A stretch of 63,168 bases of DNA, the filler included, from Platydemus manokwari (Eukaryota): NCBI GenBank assembly GCA_037951405.1. It is 6 parts of 6 records of this genome, joined end to end, with 100 filler letters (N's around TTAATTAATTAA, not from the genome) between each part and the next. Parts side by side here need not be neighbours in the genome. Positions count along the whole stretch, not along the records: positions 10,335 to 20,017 come from JBBMOY011218433.1; positions 20,118 to 31,269 come from JBBMOY010872199.1; 4 more parts are not named here. One strand, given 5' to 3'. Position 1 is the stretch's first letter, and each line of letters begins with the position of its first letter. Below, piece by piece: positions 11,136 to 24,400 of the stretch. The translations under genes were made by a program, and so were the position numbers. The notes under the pieces were generated by a model, which was given only the letters and a program-made list of their open reading frames with translations, was not told the origin of the DNA and did no database searches.

Positions 11136-14100
11136 CAGACTTGTTCCTTCATATCAAATATTCCAGGATTACAAGTATAAATTTTACCATCCAATCTATT
11201 CTCAGTAAAACTTTTCAATGACATCAATTTTTTCAATTTTCGAAACTAATTGGACCTCAAAAACACTACATAAAACATAGATTATATCATATGAATCGAT
11301 GATTCATTCTAAAATCTAAAACCCATAATTATAACATCTTATAATATTATAATGTTTTCTTGGAAAAGATAAGGAAATAAACAGGATAAGCAAAATAATC
11401 GATTTTCGAAAATGATCAATATTTCTATAAATTAGAATTTAATGTTAGAATTTAAAATCCTAATATGCATAATATAATTATATGATAAATAATTCAGTTA
11501 AACAAAGAAAAAAAGGAATCAATAGTAGCTCGTTGTTTAAGAAACACTCGGGAAGCTGCTCGACAATATGATATCAACTGTGATTCGATGATGGATGGTC
11601 CAATGAATATCAATCCAAGAATCTTAATCAGGAATTGAAATCGAATTTTTGTATTTTTTTATTTAATATTTGTATGATTTCATACCCGAAAACAAACGTT
11701 TTTTTGTCATACATCATGAATATTGTATTTATTATATTATTATATATATTATTATAAAAATGGTCCATTTTGCACTTATAACCTCAAGCTTATACTCGGG
11801 ATTATACATTACGATCATGAAAACGCCAAATTTACAAATCAATTAAATTGTAGACAACAAATGGAGATCGTTGTCGATTATTTATTTGAATAAAATAGAT
11901 GTTATCATGTTTGTGAATTTTACTTAAATTATGTCAAACAATTATTTGAAAAAATAAATTTCAATGTCAAAAATTTAATAGTCAAAATATCACCGTTAAA
12001 AAATAATATTTTTACAATTCTTTTACATATTGTGGTAAAACTAATTCAGGTGAAAATTTTTGGTAGAATCCATGTGAGTTGGAATAGTTGAAGCGCTTTA
12101 AGCGAACATTAAGGGGTGTAGTTTTACAAAAAAATCCAACAATAAATTTAAATATTGTTTGCAAGAATGATGTTGTAATTTCGTTTAAGGCAAAAGTAGC
12201 TTTCTGATTTTCATTTACATATATTTTATGTTTTAAAATTCGAAATTATTGAAAGCTTGTTATTGTGTTATTTACCACTACTAGTATTAAGACGAAAATA
12301 TTTTAATCCTTAATATTTCTGGCTTTTGGAAAATGCATCTTTTATTTGACGACCAGTAAATCTGGTTATTTATGTTTCACTTAGTTTTATATCACCGCCC
12401 TATTAATAATGCAATGACTTTGAAGATTTCTGTCATTATTATTGAAATAGTTATGGTGATTTGCTAATGACGTCCATGATAATTCCAAATGTTACTCCAC
12501 CGATAGACTGCTTTCACAATCCTTCCCCGTCATCAGTATTAGACAAGATCTCGAACCAATCATGAAGTTATTCTCTCGTCACTTGATTCCGTAAGTGCCT
12601 TTTCTAATTGCATGTTCGTTTTTAATCATTATATTCATCACAAGTAGTGATTGCAAAATATTAAAATAAGTTGAAAAAAGATAAAAATCCTTAAACTTTT
12701 CATTGATTTAATAATTCATTATTTTTGTTATTAATTAGTGAAAAAAACATTTGATTATGTTTTCAGATTCGAAACTTTTTCTCTCGAAAAATTACTGAAA
12801 AACTCTTCATTACCAGCTTTTGTTTTTAATTATTTAAGATGATGTGTCTCCATGAGACGATATCCGTATAAACAATCAAATAAATTATGAACGAATTATT
12901 AATTGTCGTTTAAAGTTTTTTTGATGAAAATTCCGGTAGTGTTTTAGTTAGAATTGAAAAGCAACAAAATTATGGTGAAAAAATTCGCGAATAACTTATC
13001 TAACAACTTGTTATCAGACCCAATTATTGTAAATATTTGATTCCTGATAACCAATCATTATACTTCAAAACCAACAAAAGACAAAACAATTCTAAATGAA
13101 AGTAGGAAAAGTATTTCGAGTCCAAAGCACATATATTCAAAGCATAGTTCTTACTATGTATCGTTAAAAGAACCAGAAATATTTGATGATGAAAAAATTG
13201 TCGTTATTAATGAGACATTTTAGAGGAGAAAAAAATAATAACGTTTTAAAATAATATGTTTTGAATTGAGTTATCTCAATGCTCTGGTAATAAATAATAA
13301 ATTCTCCTTGATATCGAATAGATAGAGTAAATTCGATTGTAAAATATCTGAGGCAAACTGGGAATAAATCGAAAAAAACTTCTCCCATAGTATTTGTAGA
13401 TTCTTCAAATTATTGTTAATGGAATGCTGCTGTCATTTGATACTGTTGGCATAGATACTTTATTTGTTTGATGATTTCAAGTGAATTCATTAAGATTCTA
13501 GGAAAAATTCCACTAAAAATTTAATGAACAAATTCTGCTGCTTTTCGTCAAACAACTACAGATAGGATTTGTATAGGATTATGAAATTTATCCGAAATAT
13601 CTTTATTAAATAATATTGATTGATAAAATAATCTTGAATATTCCAATATCGATTAACAGAAATAATATATGTTAATAATTTTTGCTTTGATATTCTCATC
13701 GACCAAAAGATATTTTGTTTTCTTGCCCATTTGTAAGTAATACATAAATTAGAATTCACATACTTAAAATATTCATTCTATCATTATGTTAATTAAATAA
13801 ATAAATTTTTGTTTCTAATCTAATTTCTTAATATTATAATTAAAAAAGTATAAAGCTCATTATGATAAACTACATGACAGTTCATCAACATAATTGGCCT
13901 CGATTTTAGAGTTCAAACCTAAAAATATTGACATTTAAGTTAAATCAGGTCAACAGAGTAGAATTTCTTTGGTTTTCATTAGTTATTTCACGTCAGCTAG
14001 TGGGATAGCTTTTTCTTTTAATCGCTCAAATATATTAATATAAATCAAAAAGAATCACTAACTTGGGATTCATAATCTTTAATACATCGATTCTCATCTA

Positions 14101-14279
14101 AACTAAACGGATAACTTTGATTCTCAATACTATTATTATTATTTAATGAATCGGATTGGTATCAGAATATATCAAGGCTACAAGTAAATAATATTTATGT
14201 TGTTCTTGTACCAGGTGATATTTGGAGATCAAATTGAGTCTTTTTATATTATTTCTTTTATAATTATATTAACCAGATA

Positions 14280-15503
14280 CAGTGGTACCTCTACTTACGA
14301 CAGCCTCTACACACGAAATTTTCAGATTACAAAACGCCTCCCCCGGAAAATATTACCTCTGGTTACAAAAGAAATTTCCGGATACGAAAGACTTCAAAAT
14401 ACTTAACTTTGTTTAAATAGTTACCATTTCAGATTTTAATAAAGATTTAAATTTGTCAAATTTTGTTACACTTTTACTAACTATGAATCCCAAGAAAGTG
14501 ATGGAGTAAGTGATAAGAAGAAGAGAGATATTTTGTTCATACAAAGATATCAAGAGATAATAGAAAAATACCCAAAAATGAATGCTTTTGGTTGATCTTG
14601 ACAATTGATTTCCAAAGTGAGCACCACCGCCACTGGTGGGCACTGCAAGGATCCAGAGGTTCGGTGATGAATACTATAAGAATGTAAGAAAATGATTATT
14701 AAAAATTTTGATGCATCTCGTTTTCTCAAAACGCTTAATTTGTCTTTAAACAACCTACTGTACGGGTTTTTGTATTAATATTGGGTTAGTTTGGGGCGCT
14801 AAATAATATTTAATCTGAAAAGGGAGCGGTACACCCGAAAAGTTTGGGAAACCCTGATCTAGACAAAGAATATGACCGTAGTTTATCTACACTAAGTACG
14901 TTATTAAAACAAAAATATCCCTAAAAGTTGCGACTCCTTCCAAAGACCTCTCCATCATTTCAAAGAGAAGGCCCGCAGTGAACGATGAGATGGAGAGGTT
15001 GTTATTCGTAAGGATAAAGGAGAAAGAGATCGATGAAGACACCTCCTGAAGGAAGATGTAGATTATGGAAATTTAGCTCAAGAATTTTCAAAAGATTATT
15101 TAAAGCCGACAAAACCAAACATTCTTGGATTAGTTCATTACAAATTGTCAGGCAAAAACCACTGTTGATAGTAAACCTGAGTCGAAGAAAGTAAAAAAAT
15201 AATGCCAATAGTATTTAAAACAAGAGTCTAATTGTTAAAATTTTGATAGAATAAAATTTTAATTCATAATTCTTTGCTGTTTATTTGCATTTAGTATAAC
15301 TTTCATTTTAATGCTTATTGTCGAGTAATCTAATTTTAACATGCATTTATTACATGATTTGCTGTATTTTTATTATTTATAAAAGAATTATGTTTGAATT
15401 TTGGTTGCTTGGAACCGATTAGGGCATTTACAAATAAAAGGGGCTCTAGTTAAGACATTTTCACGTTACGAAACGACTTCTGGAGTAAGTAGAGGTACCA
15501 CGG
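14280..15503 (+). mobile_element. Tigger/pogo (Tc1-mariner superfamily) deletion derivative
   Basis: TIRs are CAGTGGTACCTCTACTTAC (14280) and GTAAGTAGAGGTACCACGG (ends 15503), with TA on both flanks. Internal remnants MNPKKV, EIIEKY, VDLDKEYDRSLSTLSTLLKQK and ATPSKDLSIISKRRPAVNDEMERLLFVRIKEKE match the psq/CENP-B HTH N-terminus of Tigger transposases. Confidence 0.88.
14603..14856. mobile_element. hAT (Charlie-like) MITE nested in the Tigger element
   Basis: The right end is AAAGTTTGGGAAACCCTG and the degenerate left end is AATTGATTTCCAAAG. The 8-bp TSD is atcttgac (14595-14602) / atctagac (14857-14864), matching the nTCTAGAn target preference. Confidence 0.72.
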
Positions 15504-17619
15504 TATGATGTAATGTATATTCAATCCAAATAATCTTGGAAATTAGCTAAAATTGAGTTTTTAGTATTGATATATCAAGTCTACCTGTGAATATTGAGGT
15601 TCTACTAAAATATAAATGCCATAATTATATATTGAATTCCCCCAATTGAATTTACTGCAATATTTCAATATATTTTATTTTTTAGCATCATTAAAAAGTT
15701 AATTTTGTTTTGTATACCTCACAGAAAGAAATTCTATTCCAGCACTTGTAATGAGACGAAATAGAGAATGAGAAAATTCTCATTTATTAAGAACGAAAAT
15801 CATCGTACTGCAGGAGAAAGTTTAAGAAAATCCAATAATAAAATCGTCACGATAAATCAGAATGGATATTAACTATTGTACAAAGAATGTATATCAACTG
15901 ATAAAGATCGACGAGGGAATTTGATTTCAGATTTTATGGGATTTTTCGCTAAGATGAAAGGCATTATTTGATTGAATTATTATTAAAAACATTTCAAGTT
16001 GATGGAATAGTTATAAACAGCGAAAGTGTTTATATATTCTTTATCTTTTGGGTTAAATTTGCTAAAATGAATCGATGCAGTAAAGATTCTAAATAATTTA
16101 TAAAACAATTAAAATAGATACAGTTTTTATCTTTACTAATTTTGCCTCCTGACAGAACCCATTCCCTGTTTAAGCTGCACAAAAAAGTCTTATTGCTTGT
16201 ATTTAGCTTTTAATTGATTTGAAGTAGTTTTTTATAAAACTCACCTAATAAAACTATTTTTCCAGAGACTGTAAATTGTTGTATAAAATAAATAAGACCC
16301 TTTTCTAATAAATATAATTTGATTTTTTATAGTGGCAAAGGTCACTCTCTAATTCTAATTCATCTTTTAAATCATTGACTTCAATCCCTCACCGCACGTT
16401 GATGACGTGAACTGAGTTAAATATATAAACAGTTATTGATGAAGATTATGTAATATGTTTGATGACATAACTTACTTCAGTTTCACTGTCATCATTTGTA
16501 ATTATAATTTTTCAAGAAAAAATTATATAATGTATAAAGAAAAAAATTGATAGTTTATAGAAGGCCCTTCATGTGCAGTGCATGCTGGTATCTCTCTTTT
16601 AAAAATTTATTCCTTCTCCATTTCTTTCAAATACACAACGTTTTATAAACAACAATGCAGCTTCGATATTTATCAATTATATTTTATTCTGCATTAAAAT
16701 AAATTTTTTAATCACAGGAATGAAAATATCTTGAATAGCCATCGATACGGATACACTTAAGTGATAATCATTTAAGACTTCAATAATGTATGGAGTGTAA
16801 TTATTTTGTAAACGATCAGTTGTTTTTTGACAATATTATTTATAATATTAAAATATCGACTCATTTCAAGCAAATAATCTCCCATAATAGATGTATTCAA
16901 TTTATTCACCAATGGAACAACTGAAACAAAATCTTACACATTTCCTGTTCTCATCAATTCACTAAATCGACTAACAAATGCAATTTCATAAAAGGAACAC
17001 TTGATTTAAGTGTTCTTTAAATTCATTTACAAATTAATGAGCTCATCACTCTTCTCTGAAATGTGTGTCTGACGATAGTTTTTAATTTCAACAAATCGAT
17101 AATTTTCTGCTATTTGAAAGTTGTCTGAAAATATCAGACTTTGGAACAATTGAAAATGAGGTTTTAAATCATAATGTTTTGGAAACAAATATCTCTTCAA
17201 GACATGCTTTTATATCGTATTATTGTATTAATTTTTAATTTCCAATTTTTCATTATCACCAAGTGTTTCCATGAATGCAATCTTAAACAATTAAAAGTCA
17301 AATTATTTATTTATTTGAGAAATGTGAATTATTTTTTTTCCATACTTTTGGTAAATGATTTTTAAAAATATTTTTGATTTAATATTTTTAATAATTTATC
17401 ATTTGAATCATAATTAATGATTATGTAAAAAATAAACTTTTAAAAAATAATCAAAAATTCTAAAAAAATATAATTATAAATATCCTAAAATAAAATCATT
17501 AATAATTTGCTTAAACCAAAAAATAAAAAGAAAATTCCATAACAATTTGTTTAAATTAATCAATATAATAATGTGTGTAGGGATATTATAGAAGAGCATA
17601 TTTTTGACAACAATGGCCA

Positions 17620-17840
17620 GTCTCTTTTTGGTCGGTAACTTCAGTGCTTAGCTCATGTGTGATTTTAGTAATCAGTCTTTTTGATTACTCTTCATTCTGT
17701 TTTTTTGACTTTCGGATGCTGGACCCGTCTTGAGTGATTTTCTTTGTGAGTTGCGTGGAGATTTGTTGTTGCTATTGATACTTGAGTGTGTATTTTAGTT
17801 AATACAGATTTTCAGATATAAGTATTGTTTGATAATGCAA
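17620..17840 (+). repeat. Dispersed repeat family C, copy 1 (possibly LTR-derived)
   Basis: gtcggtaactt...atcagtctttttgatta...ccgtcttgagtgattt...ttaataca..ttttcagat matches the reverse complement of 61100-61325. Confidence 0.8.
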
Positions 17841-20017
17841 TAAAATAACCATTTTTCATATGCATGGACTAGCAAATTATTCCAGAAATTTCATTTTTAA
17901 ATTAATTTTTTTTATCTTATTTGGAAGAAAAATTAAATTAAATGATTAAATTAATTTATTAATTAATTAAAATTTTTGAAATTAAAAAAGATTTATATAA
18001 TATTTTAAAGAGTGAATTATTTCAATCGATAAGTTCATTGATTATTTATTTGAATTAGTCAAACTATAGATGTTTAATTTGAACTTGTTTTATTCATTGA
18101 TATTGTTAAAAATAACTTGTGAATACGTATAAATCTTCGATCTAATGAATTAGCAATGACTAAAAGTATTTCCATTATTCATCGTTATGTTTTGTTCATT
18201 CGCTTTTTTGTAAGAACAACATTTTCCTAAAATGGTTTTGTTTATTTAAAGCTCACTTGAACTCCTATAAATCCAATCTATTGATTGTCAATTTTTCATG
18301 ACTAATATTGCATTTAGCGAAAAAAATTTTTTGTCATAATATAAATCCTTTTATGAAATTTGTTTCATAATCAAGCTCGTTTGTTTAGGATTTCCGTTTT
18401 GAAGTGATAGCTATTATTAATAACTGATTCATCACGTTTACTGGTTATAAATGGTGTAAAATTTTAATAAACATTTCTTATTCATATGAACCATGTTACA
18501 ATATATTCGCTTTTTACAAGCTTACGGAATTTTTATTCAAAAGATAAACTTCAACAAATTCAATTCATTATTTTTAACAGGTTTTAATGATATATAAGAA
18601 CATATTGTTGGATATCGATATACCCCAAAATAAATAATAATAAAATAATATAATTTTTTCAAAAAAAAAGTCATTAAAACCCTCCTAAAAATAGAAATTA
18701 TATAAATAAAATTTATTAATGCTAAAAATAGAAAAAATAATTAGAAGTTACTAAGATTATGTCATAAAGTTTGAGAACCTAAAAATAGAATAAATAAAAA
18801 ATAAAAATATTGGAAAAGATGATCAAAAAGATGATTAAAAAATAAATTAAAAAGAAGAAAAGAATCACTACAAAAGAAAAGTATTACTCAGAAAAAAAAG
18901 CTCACAACTATTTTAGAAAAAGTCAATAAAAAAAGCTCAGTCATTATAATTCAATAAATCAAGCTATAATTGATTATTTTACGAATCAATAAGACAATAC
19001 TATTCTGTGAATCGGAAGCTACTATATAAATGCGATTATTAATCGATTCGAAGTGCAACGAGAAAAGTAAGTTTAGTCATCCTAAACAGTAATTTTGATT
19101 TTCATTATTTTATCGAATTTAATGTATTCTATAATGACCATTTTATCAATTATTTTAAGTAAGTGTTATCTTTATTAAATAGTTACCGGATTTTGTAGGT
19201 TCCAACTATAATAAATAAAAATTCGATGACATTGCAGCTCTTCGCGCAAAAATTAGCATCTAATTAATAATTTAACTAAAACCCCATTATTGTTTATTCA
19301 ATTGTCACTTTATTTGATATCTGTAAATTGATATTTTGGTGACTTTTATTTTACAATATTTTATTAAATAATTACATATTCTCATTTATCCTCATTTATC
19401 CTCTATTACTGCGCATATGTCAATAATGTATATATATATACCAGTTCGAAAATCTTATAAAAATATACGGAAAATGGGAAAAATGTATTTTTATAAAATT
19501 TTATTCTTAAAAAAAATGTAAAATAACAAAAAAGCTTAGATTTGAATTCATAATTTGAATTTACCTCTCATTACCTGTGTTCCAATATTAAAAGTAAGAT
19601 AATGATCGTTTTTTGGCTCCAATAACAAGCCTTTTAACAAAAACAACAAAAATACGAAATTCCTACACTAACATCAAATAGAAATAGTCATTGCATTACA
19701 AATATTAATAAATCGGTCATGTTTGAAACGTAATTTGTATTCAGAAATTTATGTGTATTACCTTTGGTTGGCATTTATTTCATGTTACAATTTTTCCAAA
19801 TACAATTGGGTTTATCTATTTAGTATGAGTTGGATTGGTCAACCTCTCTGCAAGTGAAGTTGTGCACTTTATCAAGTTTAAATCTTTGTTGATTATTATA
19901 CATTGATTATGATTGGTTGAATATTAAGCTTACATGACTGCCTAGACGTGTATATATGTACAAGTAACAAAAAAGTAGTTCCAAGGTACCAATGGTTGTC
20001 ATTTTGTGAAATTCTTC

Positions 20018-20117
20018 NNNNNNNNNNNNNNNNNNNNNNNNNNNNNNNNNNNNNNNNNNNNTTAATTAATTAANNNNNNNNNNNNNNNNNNNNNNNNNNN
20101 NNNNNNNNNNNNNNNNN
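20018..20117. other. Artificial contig linker
   Basis: 44N-TTAATTAATTAA-44N. Confidence 0.97.
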
Positions 20118-21464
20118 GATTTTTAATTTATAATTTATTTGGATTTGTTACTTTTGAATTCTAATGAAAACACAATATAAAATAGCATTAGCATGATGCA
20201 AATTGAATGATTAGCACGATTTGAAATAATTATAGATTATTGCTTCCAAGCTTAGAAAATTATAAAAAATAAAATTCAAATTTTCATATCCAGACCTTTG
20301 TTTAAAAAATTAATAAGGCTTTGTTCATCAAAAATGATATCATTTAATATGAAGTAAAAAGCAAACAGGGAAGCAATCAAAACAAGAAAACACACACAAA
20401 GATAGCAGAAACTATGTAAATTTTCCAAAATATTGTGAAAAGCACTTTAACATCTGATTACATGATTAACATGTAACACGATTTGCTTGCAAATTTTACA
20501 ATTTACAGGACTATTGTTTCGCTGATAATAACAGAGATGATATTATTTTATTGATTTTTGCCGAAGACTTTTCCTTCAGCTCAGCTGTATTATTGTGGAA
20601 TTTAATGATTATTTAAAGAAGTATTTTCGGAACCACAACGGACAACCTAGTCGACTTTGAACTCCTATATTGTTTCCCCAATTAATTACGATAATTTTGA
20701 TTGGTCATTTTGACATATAAACAATTAAATTGCTCTTAAAATAAATAAACCTAAATTTTGAGAATATGTGTCACTTAGTACGAAAAGTTTGTTAATCGAT
20801 ATCGTTAAACTTCAATTAATTTTAATCCAATGCAAATTAATGGCATCAATATGTTTCATTTTGAATTTATCTTATCGTTTTCTATCTATCTGGCCCCTAT
20901 TACTAAAATCAAAAACTATCATATATACCAGTGGTGGCCAACCGGTCGATCTTGTAGCAAATTTTAATCTATCGCGTGAGATGAAGTCGATCTTACGTAC
21001 ACAAAAGTTGTCCACTTCTGATATATACTACTGAGAGGCCGAACACAATCGATAATAAACAACCTTTAGAGTCAGATTATAAGCAAGGTTGACACATTGA
21101 TTGCACTCTAATCCTAGCAATTATTATATTTCATATTTTTATATATAATTTATAATGTTTATATTTATATATAATTTATAATAAAAGTTAAGAAAACCCT
21201 TATATTTTATGAATTCATATTATTGGCCATATAATTGGAATTTCTAAAATCAACGTCATATTTGAAGAATTTTTAACTGTTTTTTCAGATTCTTTTCGAA
21301 ATTTTCAAGAAAATTCAAACAACACCATTTTATATGAAAAATCGAAATCTCACATCGACAGAACAGTGATTCAATTCGTCTGTCTAACCGAAAACAAAGA
21401 ACGACATGTTGGAGAATTTTATTTTCAAATAATTCAAAGAAAACCTTTCCGAACGTCATTAATC

Positions 21465-24400
21465 TTAAACAATTCTTTCGATAACTTTGGAACGCATAAC
21501 ACTGTTTTTAAACAAAGCTCTAATCATGTTTCGAACCTCCGAAGCAGACATATGCTTAGACATCATCTTATCAGCATCCAACCATCGTTCTTCAATCGAT
21601 TTGAGACCATTTTCCAACAAAAAGATAAGCTCCAACAATTTACCCCATTTCATACAATTATCGAACAAATATTCATCAACAAGTTCAAAACTGTCCCCAT
21701 TATCACCAGTTTCATTTGTATGACCATTTTTATCGGTGTGCTGTTTGATAATGATATCAATAATCTTATCCTTGAAATCATGAAGCAGAGCTACTAATTG
21801 TTCATTATCTGCTTGAATGATATCGGGCAAATTCAATATATTGCCTAATATTTGATCCAATGACCAATCAATGAGTGAACCTAAATCATTTATAAATCTA
21901 TTGTGTGTATGTGTGTGAATGAGAACAGATATGATTTACCATAAACATTATCGAACACATTTCCCGGAAATCCATCATATACTTTACTCAATGAAGATAA
22001 ATGAAAGCAACATTTTTTCATTGCTTTATTGATTCGATCCTTATTTTCATTGCCTACACCCTGTAAGAAAGAAGTCAGATGAAACGAGTGATGAATATTT
22101 CAACGAATGAACAAACTCGAAACGAAGTAAAATCTTCGAAAAATTCAGATATTAACAATTTTTCTTTACTGGTCTCCTGAGAAATACAATCAATGGCTGC
22201 ATCTCTAAATCGATAGACCAAAGAAAGAAGATTTGATGGAGTCATTTTGTAAATATTATCCATCTCCGGAGCTTGAGATTGGGCAATATCAGTGTGAAGT
22301 TTGATTTCAGTGGTCCATTTTAAACAATGATGGGCCAAATACATACAATTATTGTAATGAATGACTGAAAAATGAAAAATTGAATCATAAATCATTTGAT
22401 AATAGGAAATAATATTGATGAAATATTTGGTGAAATTTTATATCAATGAAATAATTTTTATGAATATTATTTGTTTTAATTATTGGATGATGTAATCGCT
22501 GATTAATGAATTAAAACAAGGGGCAAAAGGTGAATAAAAATAATCGCAATTAAATATGAGCCCGCACAGGTGGAAATCAATCGATAACTTTAAATGAAAC
22601 AATATATGAAAATCTAACAATAATATAATCTATTCAATATCGATATATATAATCAATAATATAATCTATTCAATATCTATATATAATCAATTATATAATC
22701 CAGCAATATTAAAGTGAAATTCATTGATAAATTTAATGGAATTACAATGATTACATATGGTTTTAATCAATCAAATATTTTTATAATGATGTCATAGATC
22801 GATAATGATGATGTAACCATTGATTAATATTTGAAAATAATGTGGGCAAGTTTTTATAATCCATATAATATTGATGTGAAATTTATCGATAAATTTATGT
22901 GATTGTAATTACATATGGTTTTTGATGATGACATCATAAATCGATTATTGTGATGTAATCCCATGGATATAGCTCATACAAATTTCCTTAATATCAACAA
23001 CACAGTTGTTTATGACAACACTTCAATCATTAAATTGATTGTTGGAATCAATATTTATTTTCATATCAATAATCAATAACATTGAAATGAGAAATCAATA
23101 TTAATTTCTTACCTGTTGCTAATGGCAACTGATCCAAGAGATCTTTATTTGTCAAGGGAACAATATAAAGATACATCATGATCATTTCAGGTAATAATTG
23201 TAGAAAATCACAGATTTGAGAATGATTATTAGAATATTCATTTTTGAATAATTCAATGGTTTCATTAATAGAATTGACACAGTGAATAACAGAATTGCTT
23301 ACCTACACATGAATATATTATATATACATACATCAATCATAACCATTAGCAATATGAAATGATTGATTCTTGTTTAGTAAAGCTCATATATGGATTCATT
23401 TCCATGAATATTTAACTGAATACAACTCGGGCAGTAATTATTTTCAGATGAAACAATAATTATTAAATCGATTTGTTAATGTTTTGTGATAAAATATGAC
23501 AAACATAAGGGTTATAAAAACGATTGGATGTCTAAATCATCGGTTAAGTTTCCATTAGATCTGTTTCCATGTCATTCCCACCAATGAGAATTAAATAGAA
23601 CTCTGTCATTGTCATTCAACATCGTTATTATCTATCAATTGGTTGTTGGGCACCTGTTTTGTGATACATTTTGCCTTTCTACCAGTGATTCCCAACCCCA
23701 AATGGGGCCAGCATGCATTTTTAAAGGGGTCGACAAATTATGATAGGAGTACAAACCATTACATGTGAAAAATCGTGTTCTATGATGCTGTTAAATAAAT
23801 AGTTTGTGATGGTGATTAAACTACTTCTGTTCGCAATTATCTTGACTATTACACTCAAGTATTTTTATAGGTAATGTTATTATCTGATAATCTTATTATT
23901 ATAGGTGGTAATTCATTACTTGTTGCAAATTGGTTTTATTAAATAAGGTGATTTATGACTTATTTTTAGTAATATTGATTTTATTTGGGGTTGCCAAGAT
24001 CTTAAAAATAGGAAAATGGGTCGCCATAGAAACAAGATTGAGAACCGCTGCTTTATACAATCATGTTTTCCACAATAGATATTACTGTTAATAAAAAGAT
24101 TTAGAAAAATATACTTACAATGGTTATAATCGTTTACCTTAATGATTATATTTTATGATTATAAATGATTTCGTGTTATCTGAGAATGGACAACCCTTGA
24201 TATGAGAAAAACCGATGTTATAAACATATATAATCAAACAAATATATTAATAATTATATAAAAATATAATTCATTAATAAATGAATATCATCAATAAAAA
24301 TAATTAAATTTATTAAAAATAATTAAATATTTAATTAATTAAATAATTAATTAATAATTGATAAAAATCAAATGAAAAATACCTTGCAACTGGGAAATAT

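Noticed and set aside
20928-21100. hAT-like end CAGTGGTGGCCAACC (and CAGGGGCATGCAAACC at about 33368)
   Set aside because: No clear partner TIR or matching 8-bp TSD, so not called as elements.
21256-21797. ORFs overlapping or abutting the ZW10 last exon
   Set aside because: Shadow frames with no independent motif.
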